From: Promethearchaeia archaeon
Lineage (GTDB): Archaea > Asgardarchaeota > Lokiarchaeia > Sigyniarchaeales > SOKP01
Length of the DNA stretch: 64,000 nt
Reading direction: 5' to 3'
NCBI GenBank assembly: GCA_046483985.1
Contig: JAWOCD010000016.1
Location: 34,704-98,703 of the forward strand
Part shown: positions 20,391 through 29,977 of the stretch, one piece after another
How positions within the stretch are numbered: position 1 is the first letter of the stretch
Layout: the number at the start of each line of letters is the position of its first letter
Notes under the pieces: model-generated
What the model saw: only the letters and a program-made list of their open reading frames with translations
The model's database searches: none
What the model was told of the DNA's origin: nothing
Position numbers and translations under genes: made by a program

Positions 20391-20524
20391 TTTTTTAATT
20401 TAGTTAACAGACGCATTTAAAATGAGGCGAATCTAACCAATTATTTTTTGGGTCGAAAGGCGTTTAAGTAAATTTTAAAGTAAAAGCTAATACTCAATTC
20501 TAATGAAAATAAGGGAAGGGAGAG

Positions 20525-20908
20525 TTATTTATACCCTTTTCGGACCAATATCGTGCCCAGAATCAGTAATGTTGGTGCGCTAAACTTCATAAAGATCCGC
20601 GTAAAAGGCAACGCTGCTAAAAGATGCACGACCGTGGGGGCGTCAAATCCGCTCCCGAATACAATAAGAACTAATCCAGCGGTAATTAACAAGGCACGTG
20701 TTCTGGCATCTCCCATACTCTGAGAGGCAATATATAAATAAAACACCGCAACGCCAAAGATCATAATAATATAGAGCGGCGCAAGAATATATAAAGGTAC
20801 TGGCACGGAATAATTCACAATCGATAAAATAATAACCACTATGACAAGAATACTAAAGATATAATGCGTTTGCTTCAAGGTGGTCCGCTCTATGAAAAAA
20901 TAGAACAA
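20525..20908 (-). pseudogene. Membrane protein, probably a C-terminal fragment
   Basis: Four hydrophobic segments; ORF begins mid-helix with no convincing start. Confidence 0.45.
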
Positions 20909-20967
20909 AAATAATCTTTAAGTTTTTGACTGGAGATGGAATAATTCATAATCTTCAGTATAATGTA

Positions 20968-22386
20968 TTATTTTGGTCGAAAGTCCTTTATTAGTTTTGT
21001 AGTATTGTGTTCCATTGATTTTTGAACGGCAAATCCCATATAATGAGATTCCATTGCGCTTGAAATGGTGGTCAATCCCGCTTCTTCAGCCGTTTTTTCA
21101 CCTAATAAGACCGCCGTGAATTGGTCCATTAGGAGAGAATCTGCCCCTCCATGATCCCCCTCTAAACTCGCACCGGATTCATGGACAACTTCCTTATTGC
21201 GATATCGAAAATCTGTGATCCATAATTTTTCTCCATAATGCCGAAAATAACCCCTTAAGGTTCCCTTTGTCCCAAAAACGCGTAATTCCCGTCCTTCGTG
21301 TTCTGAAAGGCCATGAACTGTTAAAGTACCGGTGGTTCCGGAAGGGAATTGGAAGGTAGCGACTAAATGATCCACGACATTATTTCCGCATTTATAGATA
21401 CATTTTCCGAATTGTCCTTTGCGGAGTGCTTTCATCTTTCCCTCTGTGGAAAGATCAGCGCCCAAGGCAATTGCGGGAAAATACTGCCAATTCAACACGG
21501 TACGGATGCGTGGGATAAAATAGCTCAGAAATTTTACAAATTTCCGGTGTTTTAGGATCAAATTCGCTCCGAATCTTAACAAGGCGGAATCAGATTCGGT
21601 GCCAATTCGAATCAGTTCTTCTCCTCTCATATATATTCGCGGAGCATACCAAGGACACTTTTTTGCATGGGGACATCCGTCAGTGCACCGTTCTGGAGCA
21701 TCTAAAGGCGCATATTCCTCTTTATAGAAGGTTAAATCCCCTGTTGCTTTGACTTCTTGAGGTTTTCCCAAATTCCAGTACATTAAATCAAGATCGTGAC
21801 AGGATTTTGCTAAGATCAAGGGATTGGATTCTTCTTTCTTTTTGTAAAACCCGCGCACATAAGAATGTCCAAAATGCCAGTATGATACATTCTCAGAATG
21901 CTCATAGTGGATAACTTTTCCAATTCGTCCGGATTCAATTACCTCATGTACCTTTTTCCAGAAAGGGTGGAACCGGAGTACATGCCCAACTTGAACAATT
22001 GTTCCCATTTCTTTTGCCTTTTTTTCTAAGTCCTGGCATTGTTGGAGGGAGGGTGCTATTGGTTTTTCTAATAAGAGGTGATATCCCAAATCTAATGCTT
22101 CCATTGCCGGCTCATAATGAAGCCTATCCCCCATACATACAAATGCGGCATCAGCCATTTTTCCTTGATTTAACAGATCTACCCAAGTATCAAATGCCCG
22201 TTCATCTGGAATATTATGCTCTTCTTGAAATTTCTGGCGTTTTTGTATATCGGGTTCTGCAATTCCGATAAAATTTATACGGTCGGGATGGTTTTGTCCG
22301 TACATCCCATATGCATGTCGCCCGCGGGTACCGGCACCCATCATAACGGCAGTAACTGGTTTTTTTCCGCTAGTTTGTTCATCCAT
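20968..22386 (-). CDS. Gfo/Idh/MocA-family oxidoreductase
   Basis: MGAGTRG, LLEKP, VGHVLRF, HSYVRG, KSCHDLD, HGGAD; start taken at ATG 22386. Confidence 0.9.
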   Translation of the reverse strand: MDEQTSGKKPVTAVMMGAGTRGRHAYGMYGQNHPDRINFIGIAEPDIQKRQKFQEEHNIPDERAFDTWVDLLNQGKMADAAFVCMGDRLHYEPAMEALDLGYHLLLEKPIAPSLQQCQDLEKKAKEMGTIVQVGHVLRFHPFWKKVHEVIESGRIGKVIHYEHSENVSYWHFGHSYVRGFYKKKEESNPLILAKSCHDLDLMYWNLGKPQEVKATGDLTFYKEEYAPLDAPERCTDGCPHAKKCPWYAPRIYMRGEELIRIGTESDSALLRFGANLILKHRKFVKFLSYFIPRIRTVLNWQYFPAIALGADLSTEGKMKALRKGQFGKCIYKCGNNVVDHLVATFQFPSGTTGTLTVHGLSEHEGRELRVFGTKGTLRGYFRHYGEKLWITDFRYRNKEVVHESGASLEGDHGGADSLLMDQFTAVLLGEKTAEEAGLTTISSAMESHYMGFAVQKSMEHNTTKLIKDFRPK

Positions 22387-22422
22387 ATAATTTAAAATTT
22401 GCAATCATTATTGAGTATTATT

Positions 22423-23226
22423 ATGGATTTAGGATTAATCAATAAAAATGTAGTCGTGCTTGCTTCCAGCAAGGGATTGGGTTTGGCATGTGCAAAGCAG
22501 TTATATCGAGAAGGAGCAAATGTCCTTATTTGCAGCCGGTCGGAAGAAAATCTCAAAAATGCGAAGGAAGAGATTAAAAAAGAAGATTCGCTTAGTACGG
22601 ATAATTCTGTGGAGTATATGGTGGCAAATTTATTGTATGAAAAAGATATTAATAATTTGGTCGAATATTGCCTTGAGCGATTTGAAACTATTGATATCTT
22701 GGTACATAACGCGGGAGGTCCTCCTGTGGGACCCGTGGAGGAAATCACCGAAGAGCAATGGACACACTCGATCAATTTAAACCTTCGCTCTTTCATTAGA
22801 ATCTGTGATCTGCTATTACCTCAAATGCAAGAACAGAAAGGAGGAACTATTATTACTATTGCATCTGTCTCCGTGAAACAGCCGCTGGAAAATCTAGTGC
22901 TTTCAAATACAAATCGGTTGGGAGTGGTGGGCTATGCCAAAACGGTTGCAAATGAATACGCATCAGATAATATAAGAGTAAATGTGGTCTGTCCTGGACC
23001 CACACTTACAGACCGGATGAAAGAACTTATTCAAAATAATATGGAGCAAACTGGGAAACCAGAAAAAGAAGTTAAGAAACAGTGGACAGACAAAATTCCT
23101 ATGGGACGATTGGGAAGGCCAGAGGAGTTGGCTAATATGGTAACTTTTCTTGCATCAGACAAATCCAGCTATATCACTGGAACGGTAATTCAAGTAGATG
23201 GCGGCTTTGTAAAGGCACCTTTTTAG
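22423..23226 (+). CDS. SDR-family oxidoreductase
   Basis: MDLGL, ASSKGLG, HNAGGPP, NVVCPG, GRPEE, VDGG. Confidence 0.9.
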   Translation: MDLGLINKNVVVLASSKGLGLACAKQLYREGANVLICSRSEENLKNAKEEIKKEDSLSTDNSVEYMVANLLYEKDINNLVEYCLERFETIDILVHNAGGPPVGPVEEITEEQWTHSINLNLRSFIRICDLLLPQMQEQKGGTIITIASVSVKQPLENLVLSNTNRLGVVGYAKTVANEYASDNIRVNVVCPGPTLTDRMKELIQNNMEQTGKPEKEVKKQWTDKIPMGRLGRPEELANMVTFLASDKSSYITGTVIQVDGGFVKAPF

Positions 23227-23294
23227 CAGATAAAAGATCTATTAATAAACTTACCGATTGTTTTTTCTCCTGTCATTGGTCTTAATTAATGAGA

Positions 23295-24362
23295 TTAAAA
23301 GAAGTGTGGCTCTTCAATTCCTAAGTAATCTTTGATTAAATTCGTGACCTCCTCCTTCGTGCCCATATATGCCAATAGTTCATGGATGGCTTTTCCGTGT
23401 GAGGTGTTGTCGATAGTTTCAAACGGTGCCAATTGAAGTTCTATCTCTCCATATCTTAACTGCGGATCGTTTGGGGATTCGGAATTGTATGATTGAATAA
23501 CACCAATCTCCTCTCTTGGATGATCTCTTGCCACATCCCAACATTTTTCTTGACTTTCGGGGATATCCTCTGAGCGCTTTACCAGGAAGCCATACTCTTT
23601 GGATTCTGGCATTTTTATTACATACCCTATTTTTGATTTTCGACTATAATCTATATCTTCGGGCCGAATAGCGAGTTTATAGATATCCTGCACATCGATT
23701 TTATATGCTACATAATTTTCCGTAATATGAAGTCGCTCTTGGGGGATCGTTCGGAAATAGGAGAGCGGTTTTGCTTTTTGCTTGGTTGGAATTAAGACCG
23801 TTCCGGGATTTGACACTCCGCCACTGATGACATTAGCTAAGCTCCAGCCATTAATCTTTTGATCTGGCTTATATATCACGCAATCATCGATATATTGAAG
23901 TCCGCAATAGTCTAATCCTGTATCTTTAGGATCTGCAATAACAGAAAATTCTCTGGTAATTTCACCTGTTAACGTTTCATCCGTCCTCTGATTTTTTATA
24001 AACAGCTTAGTAGAGAGCGTGCACATGTTGTCCCGTTGCCCTAAGACTTGATAATCCGCGGGATCCAATCCTTTCGGGCAAAACCAATTTTTCCAATTCT
24101 CGGGGTCTTTATAGAAATAATCTTGTTCTGGACTAATCCAAAATCTATCTCCTCCAATTAATCGACTCTTTGTCTCGATCGCTTTTCGAATATTTGGGTC
24201 AATCCAAAGAAGGCTTTTTCCATCTTTCCGAGGGAAAAATCCCAATGGGCGTCCTCCATATTCAGAAATGACAACTTGGCCCCCCTGATCCGAATCCAAT
24301 TCAATTAATGTGGTACTTTTTCCTATCTTATCAATTAAATCTTGCTTGGAAAAATAGTTCAT
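23295..24362 (-). CDS. Conserved hypothetical protein (possibly galactose-mutarotase-like fold)
   Basis: 355-aa ORF with YGGR, GGDRFWISPE, IQSYN, YGEIELQ motifs. Confidence 0.65.
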   Translation of the reverse strand: MNYFSKQDLIDKIGKSTTLIELDSDQGGQVVISEYGGRPLGFFPRKDGKSLLWIDPNIRKAIETKSRLIGGDRFWISPEQDYFYKDPENWKNWFCPKGLDPADYQVLGQRDNMCTLSTKLFIKNQRTDETLTGEITREFSVIADPKDTGLDYCGLQYIDDCVIYKPDQKINGWSLANVISGGVSNPGTVLIPTKQKAKPLSYFRTIPQERLHITENYVAYKIDVQDIYKLAIRPEDIDYSRKSKIGYVIKMPESKEYGFLVKRSEDIPESQEKCWDVARDHPREEIGVIQSYNSESPNDPQLRYGEIELQLAPFETIDNTSHGKAIHELLAYMGTKEEVTNLIKDYLGIEEPHFF

Positions 24363-24486
24363 ATTATTATTTAGTATGAAACTTATAATAAAGATTACAT
24401 AAATAGATCTTAATCATGATTCCGAGCCCTAATAATCTTCTAAATGTCTTCTATCTTATCAATATAAAGAAGATTTTTTATTATAG

Positions 24487-24990
24487 TTATTCTCTACTCC
24501 ACGAATAAGATCTCCACAGACCAATTAAGAAGGAACAAGCGGAGGTCCTCTTTTTATATTTTTTATACTCATCCCCAAACTTCTCAACCAATTTCTCCTC
24601 TTCTATATATATAGTTAAGCCAAATGCTGCGATGGCTAACCCAGCAAAAACAATTATTTCCACGGACTGATTTGGGAAAATCATTGCAATAGCAATCCAC
24701 ATCCCACCCGTATATTGAGGATGCCGAATAATGCTAAATATTCCGCTATCAACTAATTTTTGCGTGTTTTCATAGAAATCCCCTTCTTTCACATTGCCCT
24801 CCTTTCGAAACTTAAAAAAGGGGATTATAATCATTATCATCCCTGGAATCCAAATGAACCAAAATAACATCTCCAGCCACGGAATTGGCAATGCAGAAGA
24901 AGGTGGCGAAGTAAACCATAACAATATCATCTCTACAACTAAGAAAATCCCCCACGAGTGAAGTACCAGCTGATTTTCTTTCCACGACAT
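24487..24990 (-). CDS. Isoprenylcysteine carboxyl methyltransferase/PEMT family membrane protein
   Basis: LVDSGIFSIIRHPQYTG, EEEKLVEKFGDEYKKYK. Confidence 0.88.
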   Translation of the reverse strand: MSWKENQLVLHSWGIFLVVEMILLWFTSPPSSALPIPWLEMLFWFIWIPGMIMIIIPFFKFRKEGNVKEGDFYENTQKLVDSGIFSIIRHPQYTGGMWIAIAMIFPNQSVEIIVFAGLAIAAFGLTIYIEEEKLVEKFGDEYKKYKKRTSACSFLIGLWRSYSWSRE

Positions 24991-25277
24991 ATTTTATCAT
25001 TCAAAAAATTTTTTAATATTTTCTCTCTGGGAAGAGAATCTCATAATCAAATAAATTCGGAAATATTATGAAAGGTTTTATCATAATATAAGAGATTTAT
25101 AAATTAAAGTTTTATAAATATCAAACTGTTATCATTATAATCTTTTGCTATAATAATTTATGTGGTAGAAAGGTCTCCCAAAAGAAGGTCAAAAGGATTA
25201 TGAACTCTAAACTCAGTATTGTGAAAACAGTCCTTGCGAACGGACTATGTATTGTAATATATGTTGTAATCATTTTA

Positions 25278-25320
25278 CTTATAGCGAGAGAAGTTCCCGT
25301 CCTTTAGGGCGATGATGTAT
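25278..25320 (+). mobile_element. IS200/IS605 left-end remnant
   Basis: CTTATAGCGAGAGAAGTTCCCGTCCTTTAGGGCG; same start as the left end at 1121-1139. Confidence 0.6.
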
Positions 25321-25472
25321 TTTGATACAAAATCTTTGTAATTCTTCCTACCGAACCTATAGAATCTACTTCTATATAAACTTCGAGAACCAGCTTGATT
25401 TCCTTAAATTAAAATAATATGAATCGTCTTTCATGTTTATAAAGAAATTAATATATCGGGAAGATTAAAAAT

Positions 25473-26399
25473 ATGTCAAAAAAGAAACTGGTACTTGTTG
25501 GTCCTCCAGAAACGGGGAAGACAACTATAAAAAAGGTTATCTTTAGCGGGGCGGATCCAATAAAATTGTTAGAAGAGCCTTTAATACCTACACGAGGTTT
25601 GGAACCGTCTCTTCATTCTTGGTTGGATCTGGAGTTGGGGGTTTTTGATTCTCCGGGCCAAGAAATTCGAAAACTGTTAGAAGATGAGAAAGTACAATTA
25701 AAAACATTCGGAGATGCGAATGTGGTTATTTATCTTATAGATTTCAAAAGATGGCAGGATAAGGAAGCGGATTTTCTGCAACAAATAAAAATTATCAAAC
25801 AAATACTAAAAAAAAATACTAAGAATGCAAATCTCGCGATATTCTTTCATAAGATTGATCAGCTTCCAGAAGATTCACGAGAGGATCAGATTGAATCCAT
25901 TCGCGAGAAAATTTCAGAACAGTTTGAAATTCCCATTTATTTTACTTCAATTTACCCGAATTTAATTTATAATCTCTATTCTGCATTCTACGATGTTTTG
26001 GGAAACCTTTCTGAAGATACGGCCAACATTAAAGAGATTTTAGACAAGAAAATTACAGACAAGTCTCAAACGATGATATTTGTTACGAACGAGAAAGACA
26101 ATATTGTGGTTCAGACAACGAATCGTGATTTCGAATTTGGGTTGATTAATTATATTCATGAAATGATTGGACAATTAACAGGGACATTAAAGGAGATGAA
26201 AGCCGATGATGAGATTGAACATTTTACCTTGCAAACGGCAAATGAATTTAATATCATCCTCAAAGATATATCTCATTCAAAGCATAATTTACAGAATGTG
26301 GTCTGCATCTCGGGGGATATGAACGCAAATAAACTTATCTTTATGGTGGGAAAACTTTCTCGCGAGATTTACAATTATTACTACAAGAATAAAAAATAA
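25473..26399 (+). CDS. Rag/Gtr-like small GTPase with C-terminal roadblock-like domain
   Basis: GPPETGKT, PT, DSPGQ, HKID, TSI; HKxD and TSI are typical of Rag/Gtr. Confidence 0.8.
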   Translation: MSKKKLVLVGPPETGKTTIKKVIFSGADPIKLLEEPLIPTRGLEPSLHSWLDLELGVFDSPGQEIRKLLEDEKVQLKTFGDANVVIYLIDFKRWQDKEADFLQQIKIIKQILKKNTKNANLAIFFHKIDQLPEDSREDQIESIREKISEQFEIPIYFTSIYPNLIYNLYSAFYDVLGNLSEDTANIKEILDKKITDKSQTMIFVTNEKDNIVVQTTNRDFEFGLINYIHEMIGQLTGTLKEMKADDEIEHFTLQTANEFNIILKDISHSKHNLQNVVCISGDMNANKLIFMVGKLSREIYNYYYKNKK

Positions 26400-26527
26400 A
26401 CATAATTCATTTCTTTGCTTTGAAGCAAAAAATATTTAATGATTTATGAATTTAATAACTCATAAAATTAGTTGAAATGGGAATTTTTAAGTTCTACCTA
26501 CCGATCAATTTCCCATCGAAAATTGGT

Positions 26528-26634
26528 GCCTCAATAGCTCAGCTGGTAGAGTGTTGCCTTGGTAAGGCAAAGGTCGGGGGATCATAGCAATTCATGAAGC
26601 AATTCGCTTCAGTGGGATAAACCCCCTTGAGGCT
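26528..26634 (+). tRNA. tRNA-Thr(GGT) with one T-loop intron (~26587-26620, position ~59/60)
   Basis: Acceptor GCCTCAA/TTGAGGC; anticodon arm TTGCC-TTGGTAA-GGCAA; T-stem GGGGG/CCCCC split by a 34-nt hairpin insert. Confidence 0.9.
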
Positions 26635-26649
26635 CTATTCATATATCAT

Positions 26650-26816
26650 GCCGGCGTAGCTTAGCTGGTTATAGCGCCAGACTCATAATCCTTCTGAAAA
26701 AAGGGTCAGACAGGATGTAAACGGAAGTCGCTAAGGCTCCCAGATGGACTCTGGAGGTCAGGGGATCATAGGAAATGGAGCATTTCGCTCTCTCCGATTA
26801 AACCCCCTCGCCGGCA
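26650..26816 (+). tRNA. tRNA-Met(CAT), elongator type, with a 61-nt insert at 38/39 (26689-26749, probably two tandem introns) and a T-loop intron (26770-26801)
   Basis: Acceptor GCCGGCG/CGCCGGC; anticodon stem CCAGA/TCTGG; BHB helices TCAT/ATGG and GATC/GATT. Confidence 0.88.
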
Positions 26817-26958
26817 CTTACTTCCAAAATAATTTCAATCAAGGAAAGTCTACCTCCTATTTTGAATATTAATATTCTACAATCACAAAATTCTCTCAAA
26901 TTTTGAGAGAAATTAGAAATAATTACATATATTAGATAAGCAGTTTTAAATGTAAATT

Positions 26959-28524
26959 ATGAAAGATGATGAAAAACTAAGTTCTTTAGACATTGGGAAA
27001 TTGGACAAAAATGCAGAGTGGTTGGGTATCCCTCCAACCCATTTAATGGAATGCGCGGGATATTCGTGTGCATCAGAGATCTATGACCGATATCAACTGG
27101 AGAAAAATCCCAAGAAAAAGGTCTGCATTTTTTGTGGAACTGGCAATAACGGGGGCGATGGATTTGTTGTGGCGCGGCATCTTGCTGCATTAGGAGTATC
27201 AGTTTCTCTTCTTCTTATTGGCAATCCCAAGAAAATTCGGTCGGATGAGGCTAATCTGAACTGGAATATTGTTTCTAATAATTTAACGGACTCTGTATGC
27301 TCAGAAATTGCCAAAGATTCCACAGATGTGTTCGAATTTAGAAAGGAAATCGAAGATGATGGGAATTTTGATATAATTGTGGATTCTCTATTAGGGACAG
27401 GGATAAGTGGGACTATTCGGGAACCAATTGCAACAGCAATTGAAGTTATTAATGCTTTAAAGGAGGAAGAAGGAGAAGATCTTAAGGTCGTGTCCGTTGA
27501 TGTTCCTTCTGGCTTAGATCCGGATACGGGTCATGTGAATGATATGGCAATTAAAACTGATCTGGTGATTACTTTTCATAGAATGAAGCAAGGATTCGAT
27601 CTTGACAATGAATATATCGGTGAAATTGCGGTAAAGAGCATCGGCATTCCACCCGAAGCCTCAAGATATGTGGGAAGCGGAGATGTCCTACCCACGCTTA
27701 ATCAGCGTGCTCCCTCCAACCATAAAGGGCAATTTGGCAGACTACTTATTATTGGCGGTTCTAAAAACTATTCGGGAGCACCAGCTTACTCCTCACTTAC
27801 GGGGATAAGTTATGGGATTGACTTAGTCATTACCTATACACCTCAAGTTGTTGCTGATGTGTTGAGAAGTTATTCTCCAAATTTAATCGTCCGTTCCAGT
27901 CCAGGAGATTGGCTGACCATGGATTCCTTTGATGAAATTGCTGAATTGGTGGAGTGGGCAAATAGCATAGTTATCGGTCCTGGTCTAGGTGAAGAAGAAA
28001 GTACAGAAAAATTATTGGTTTCTTTACTGAAAAAATTCCGGAACGAGAGAAAGTCTTATGTGCTTGATGCAGATGGGCTTAAATTAGTGAAAAATCATAT
28101 GGATTTAATTAAGGGAGAATCTGCGATCTTAACCCCGCATGAGAGGGAATTGAAAATTATGACTGGAGTCTCTCTTCCACCAGTAGATCAAAAAAAGGAA
28201 AGAGGAATAAAAGTTTTTGAACTTGCTCGAGAACTGAACGTAACATTATTAGTCAAAGGGCCTTATGATTATATTGCAAATCCAAAGCGGATGAAATCTA
28301 ACAAAACGGGATGTCCAGAGATGGCCATCGGGGGAACTGGAGACGTGTTGGCAGGATTATGTGCAAGTCTGATGGCTACTGGAAATGATCCTTTTGAGGC
28401 TGCTTGCTCAGCGGCGTTTATTAACGGAAAAGTGGGAGAATTTTGTAAGAAAATTTTCCATCAGCGCTTTACTGCAATGGATATGATCGAGAATCTCGGA
28501 GAAGTTCTCGGAGATCTACAATAG
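26959..28524 (+). CDS. nnr: Bifunctional NAD(P)H-hydrate epimerase/dehydratase
   Basis: LMECAG, GTGNNGGDG, DSLLGTG, DVPSG; HKGQFG, GPGLG, LTPH..E, GGTGDVLAG. Confidence 0.95.
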   Translation: MKDDEKLSSLDIGKLDKNAEWLGIPPTHLMECAGYSCASEIYDRYQLEKNPKKKVCIFCGTGNNGGDGFVVARHLAALGVSVSLLLIGNPKKIRSDEANLNWNIVSNNLTDSVCSEIAKDSTDVFEFRKEIEDDGNFDIIVDSLLGTGISGTIREPIATAIEVINALKEEEGEDLKVVSVDVPSGLDPDTGHVNDMAIKTDLVITFHRMKQGFDLDNEYIGEIAVKSIGIPPEASRYVGSGDVLPTLNQRAPSNHKGQFGRLLIIGGSKNYSGAPAYSSLTGISYGIDLVITYTPQVVADVLRSYSPNLIVRSSPGDWLTMDSFDEIAELVEWANSIVIGPGLGEEESTEKLLVSLLKKFRNERKSYVLDADGLKLVKNHMDLIKGESAILTPHERELKIMTGVSLPPVDQKKERGIKVFELARELNVTLLVKGPYDYIANPKRMKSNKTGCPEMAIGGTGDVLAGLCASLMATGNDPFEAACSAAFINGKVGEFCKKIFHQRFTAMDMIENLGEVLGDLQ

Positions 28525-28586
28525 GTTTCTTATCTTTATTTTTTTTCTGTATTCACGTTTAAAAAAAGGAGACCCAAAAAGAATAT

Positions 28587-29270
28587 TTAAATCTCTGAAT
28601 ATAAGTATCCAAGCATTCTTCCGAATGACTCAAATTCTTCTCTTTCTTTTATCTGGATGAGTTTTTCTTCTTTAAAATTAAATAGACTTGTTTGGAATAG
28701 ATGACACAGAGGAGATCTTAACATATCTCCTAAAAACTCGGCTAACTTCTTTTTATAGACTTCTAATCGTTTAAGACTTTCGCATAAGTCGCATTTGTGC
28801 AGAAAAATGTATAATTTTGGTTTAGTTGTATAGATGTGATCCAGTTGCTTTAGATACAGATTTTTAATCAAATCCTCCAAATACTCTAAGGATTGAATAA
28901 ATTTTTCTCTTGGAAGGGGATTAATTACATATAATAACTCATCAAAGCCCGAAAGTTTTTCTAGTTCATTTAACCATCGAATCCGAGATCTGAGCACTCC
29001 ACTATGATCCCATATATAATAGGTTTTATCATTGATTAAAATTGGAGTAATAGACCTTCCTTGGGTTGCCTTCAGATCTAATACGTTCTGGATAGTTCCA
29101 CTTTTCATTGCCTTTACCATTCCCGTTTTTCCGGTATTTTGTAATCCCAAAACCAAAATTTTTCTTGTTTTCTGAATGGAAGTGACAATACAAAATTCCT
29201 TAGGATTTTTATTCTCTATGGTGCAATCCCAACATTTTTCCAAATTAAAATTATCTTTTTCCTTAATCAA
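28587..29270 (-). CDS. Divergent Arf/Rag-like small GTPase
   Basis: GLQNTGKT, WDHSG, HKCD, TSL. Confidence 0.75.
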   Translation of the reverse strand: MIKEKDNFNLEKCWDCTIENKNPKEFCIVTSIQKTRKILVLGLQNTGKTGMVKAMKSGTIQNVLDLKATQGRSITPILINDKTYYIWDHSGVLRSRIRWLNELEKLSGFDELLYVINPLPREKFIQSLEYLEDLIKNLYLKQLDHIYTTKPKLYIFLHKCDLCESLKRLEVYKKKLAEFLGDMLRSPLCHLFQTSLFNFKEEKLIQIKEREEFESFGRMLGYLYSEI

Positions 29271-29492
29271 TTCAATTATAATTAGTTTTTATTACATTTA
29301 TAAGGAGTGGTTAATATCAAATGGGAATAACAACCACCACAACAAACTTTCACTTATAAGGTAATTCCACATATACTTATCTTATGGCTTCAAACCCAAA
29401 AAGAGAGGTCGCAAAAATAATATAGTTTTTTAAAAAAGCAACTTTAATCATATCGACCCTTAATTCTGAAAAGAAGCGTGATATCTGGATAT

Positions 29493-29526
29493 ATATGATT
29501 AAAAATTATTATAGCAAAAGATTATA
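29493..29526 (+). repeat. 34-bp dispersed direct repeat, copy 1
   Basis: ATATGATTAAAAATTATTATAGCAAAAGATTATA; 33/34 identical to 31587-31620. Confidence 0.8.
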
Positions 29527-29603
29527 CATCGTTTCTTTTATATACCTTCCACACCATAAATGGATTATACATATTTTTCGTCGAAAAGCAATAATCTTTT
29601 TAA

Positions 29604-29900
29604 CGATCTGCGAAAGAAGTCCCCATCCCTTTAGGGAGGGGATGAATTTCGTATATTATACAAACATTTTTATATTTGGTTTTTGGTATTATCTTAGTAA
29701 CCAAGTGAATAGAATGGGATACGAACTTGATAAAGGTGCTCATTCGGTGTATTCATTAAATAAACTACCATTACATCTGTTGTGTAAAATCTCGAAGAAA
29801 GATATTCCATACCGATGAAATAATCAATAGATTAAAAGAAATTAATATATCGTTAGCGGAAAAAAATGATATTAAAATTCTTAATCAAGAAACCGATCGG
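29604..29900 (+). pseudogene. tnpA: IS200-type left end plus 5' half of tnpA (frameshifted, truncated)
   Basis: Same left-end hairpin as 2363; ATG at 29714 gives MGYELDKGAHSVYSL, then NYHYICCVKSRRKIF...ILNQETD in a shifted frame. Confidence 0.85.
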
Positions 29901-29977
29901 AATAAAAACTAAATAACAAGTAAGATTGTAATAAAATGATATTTATTGTTTAGTTTTCAAAATGAATCGGATTTAAA

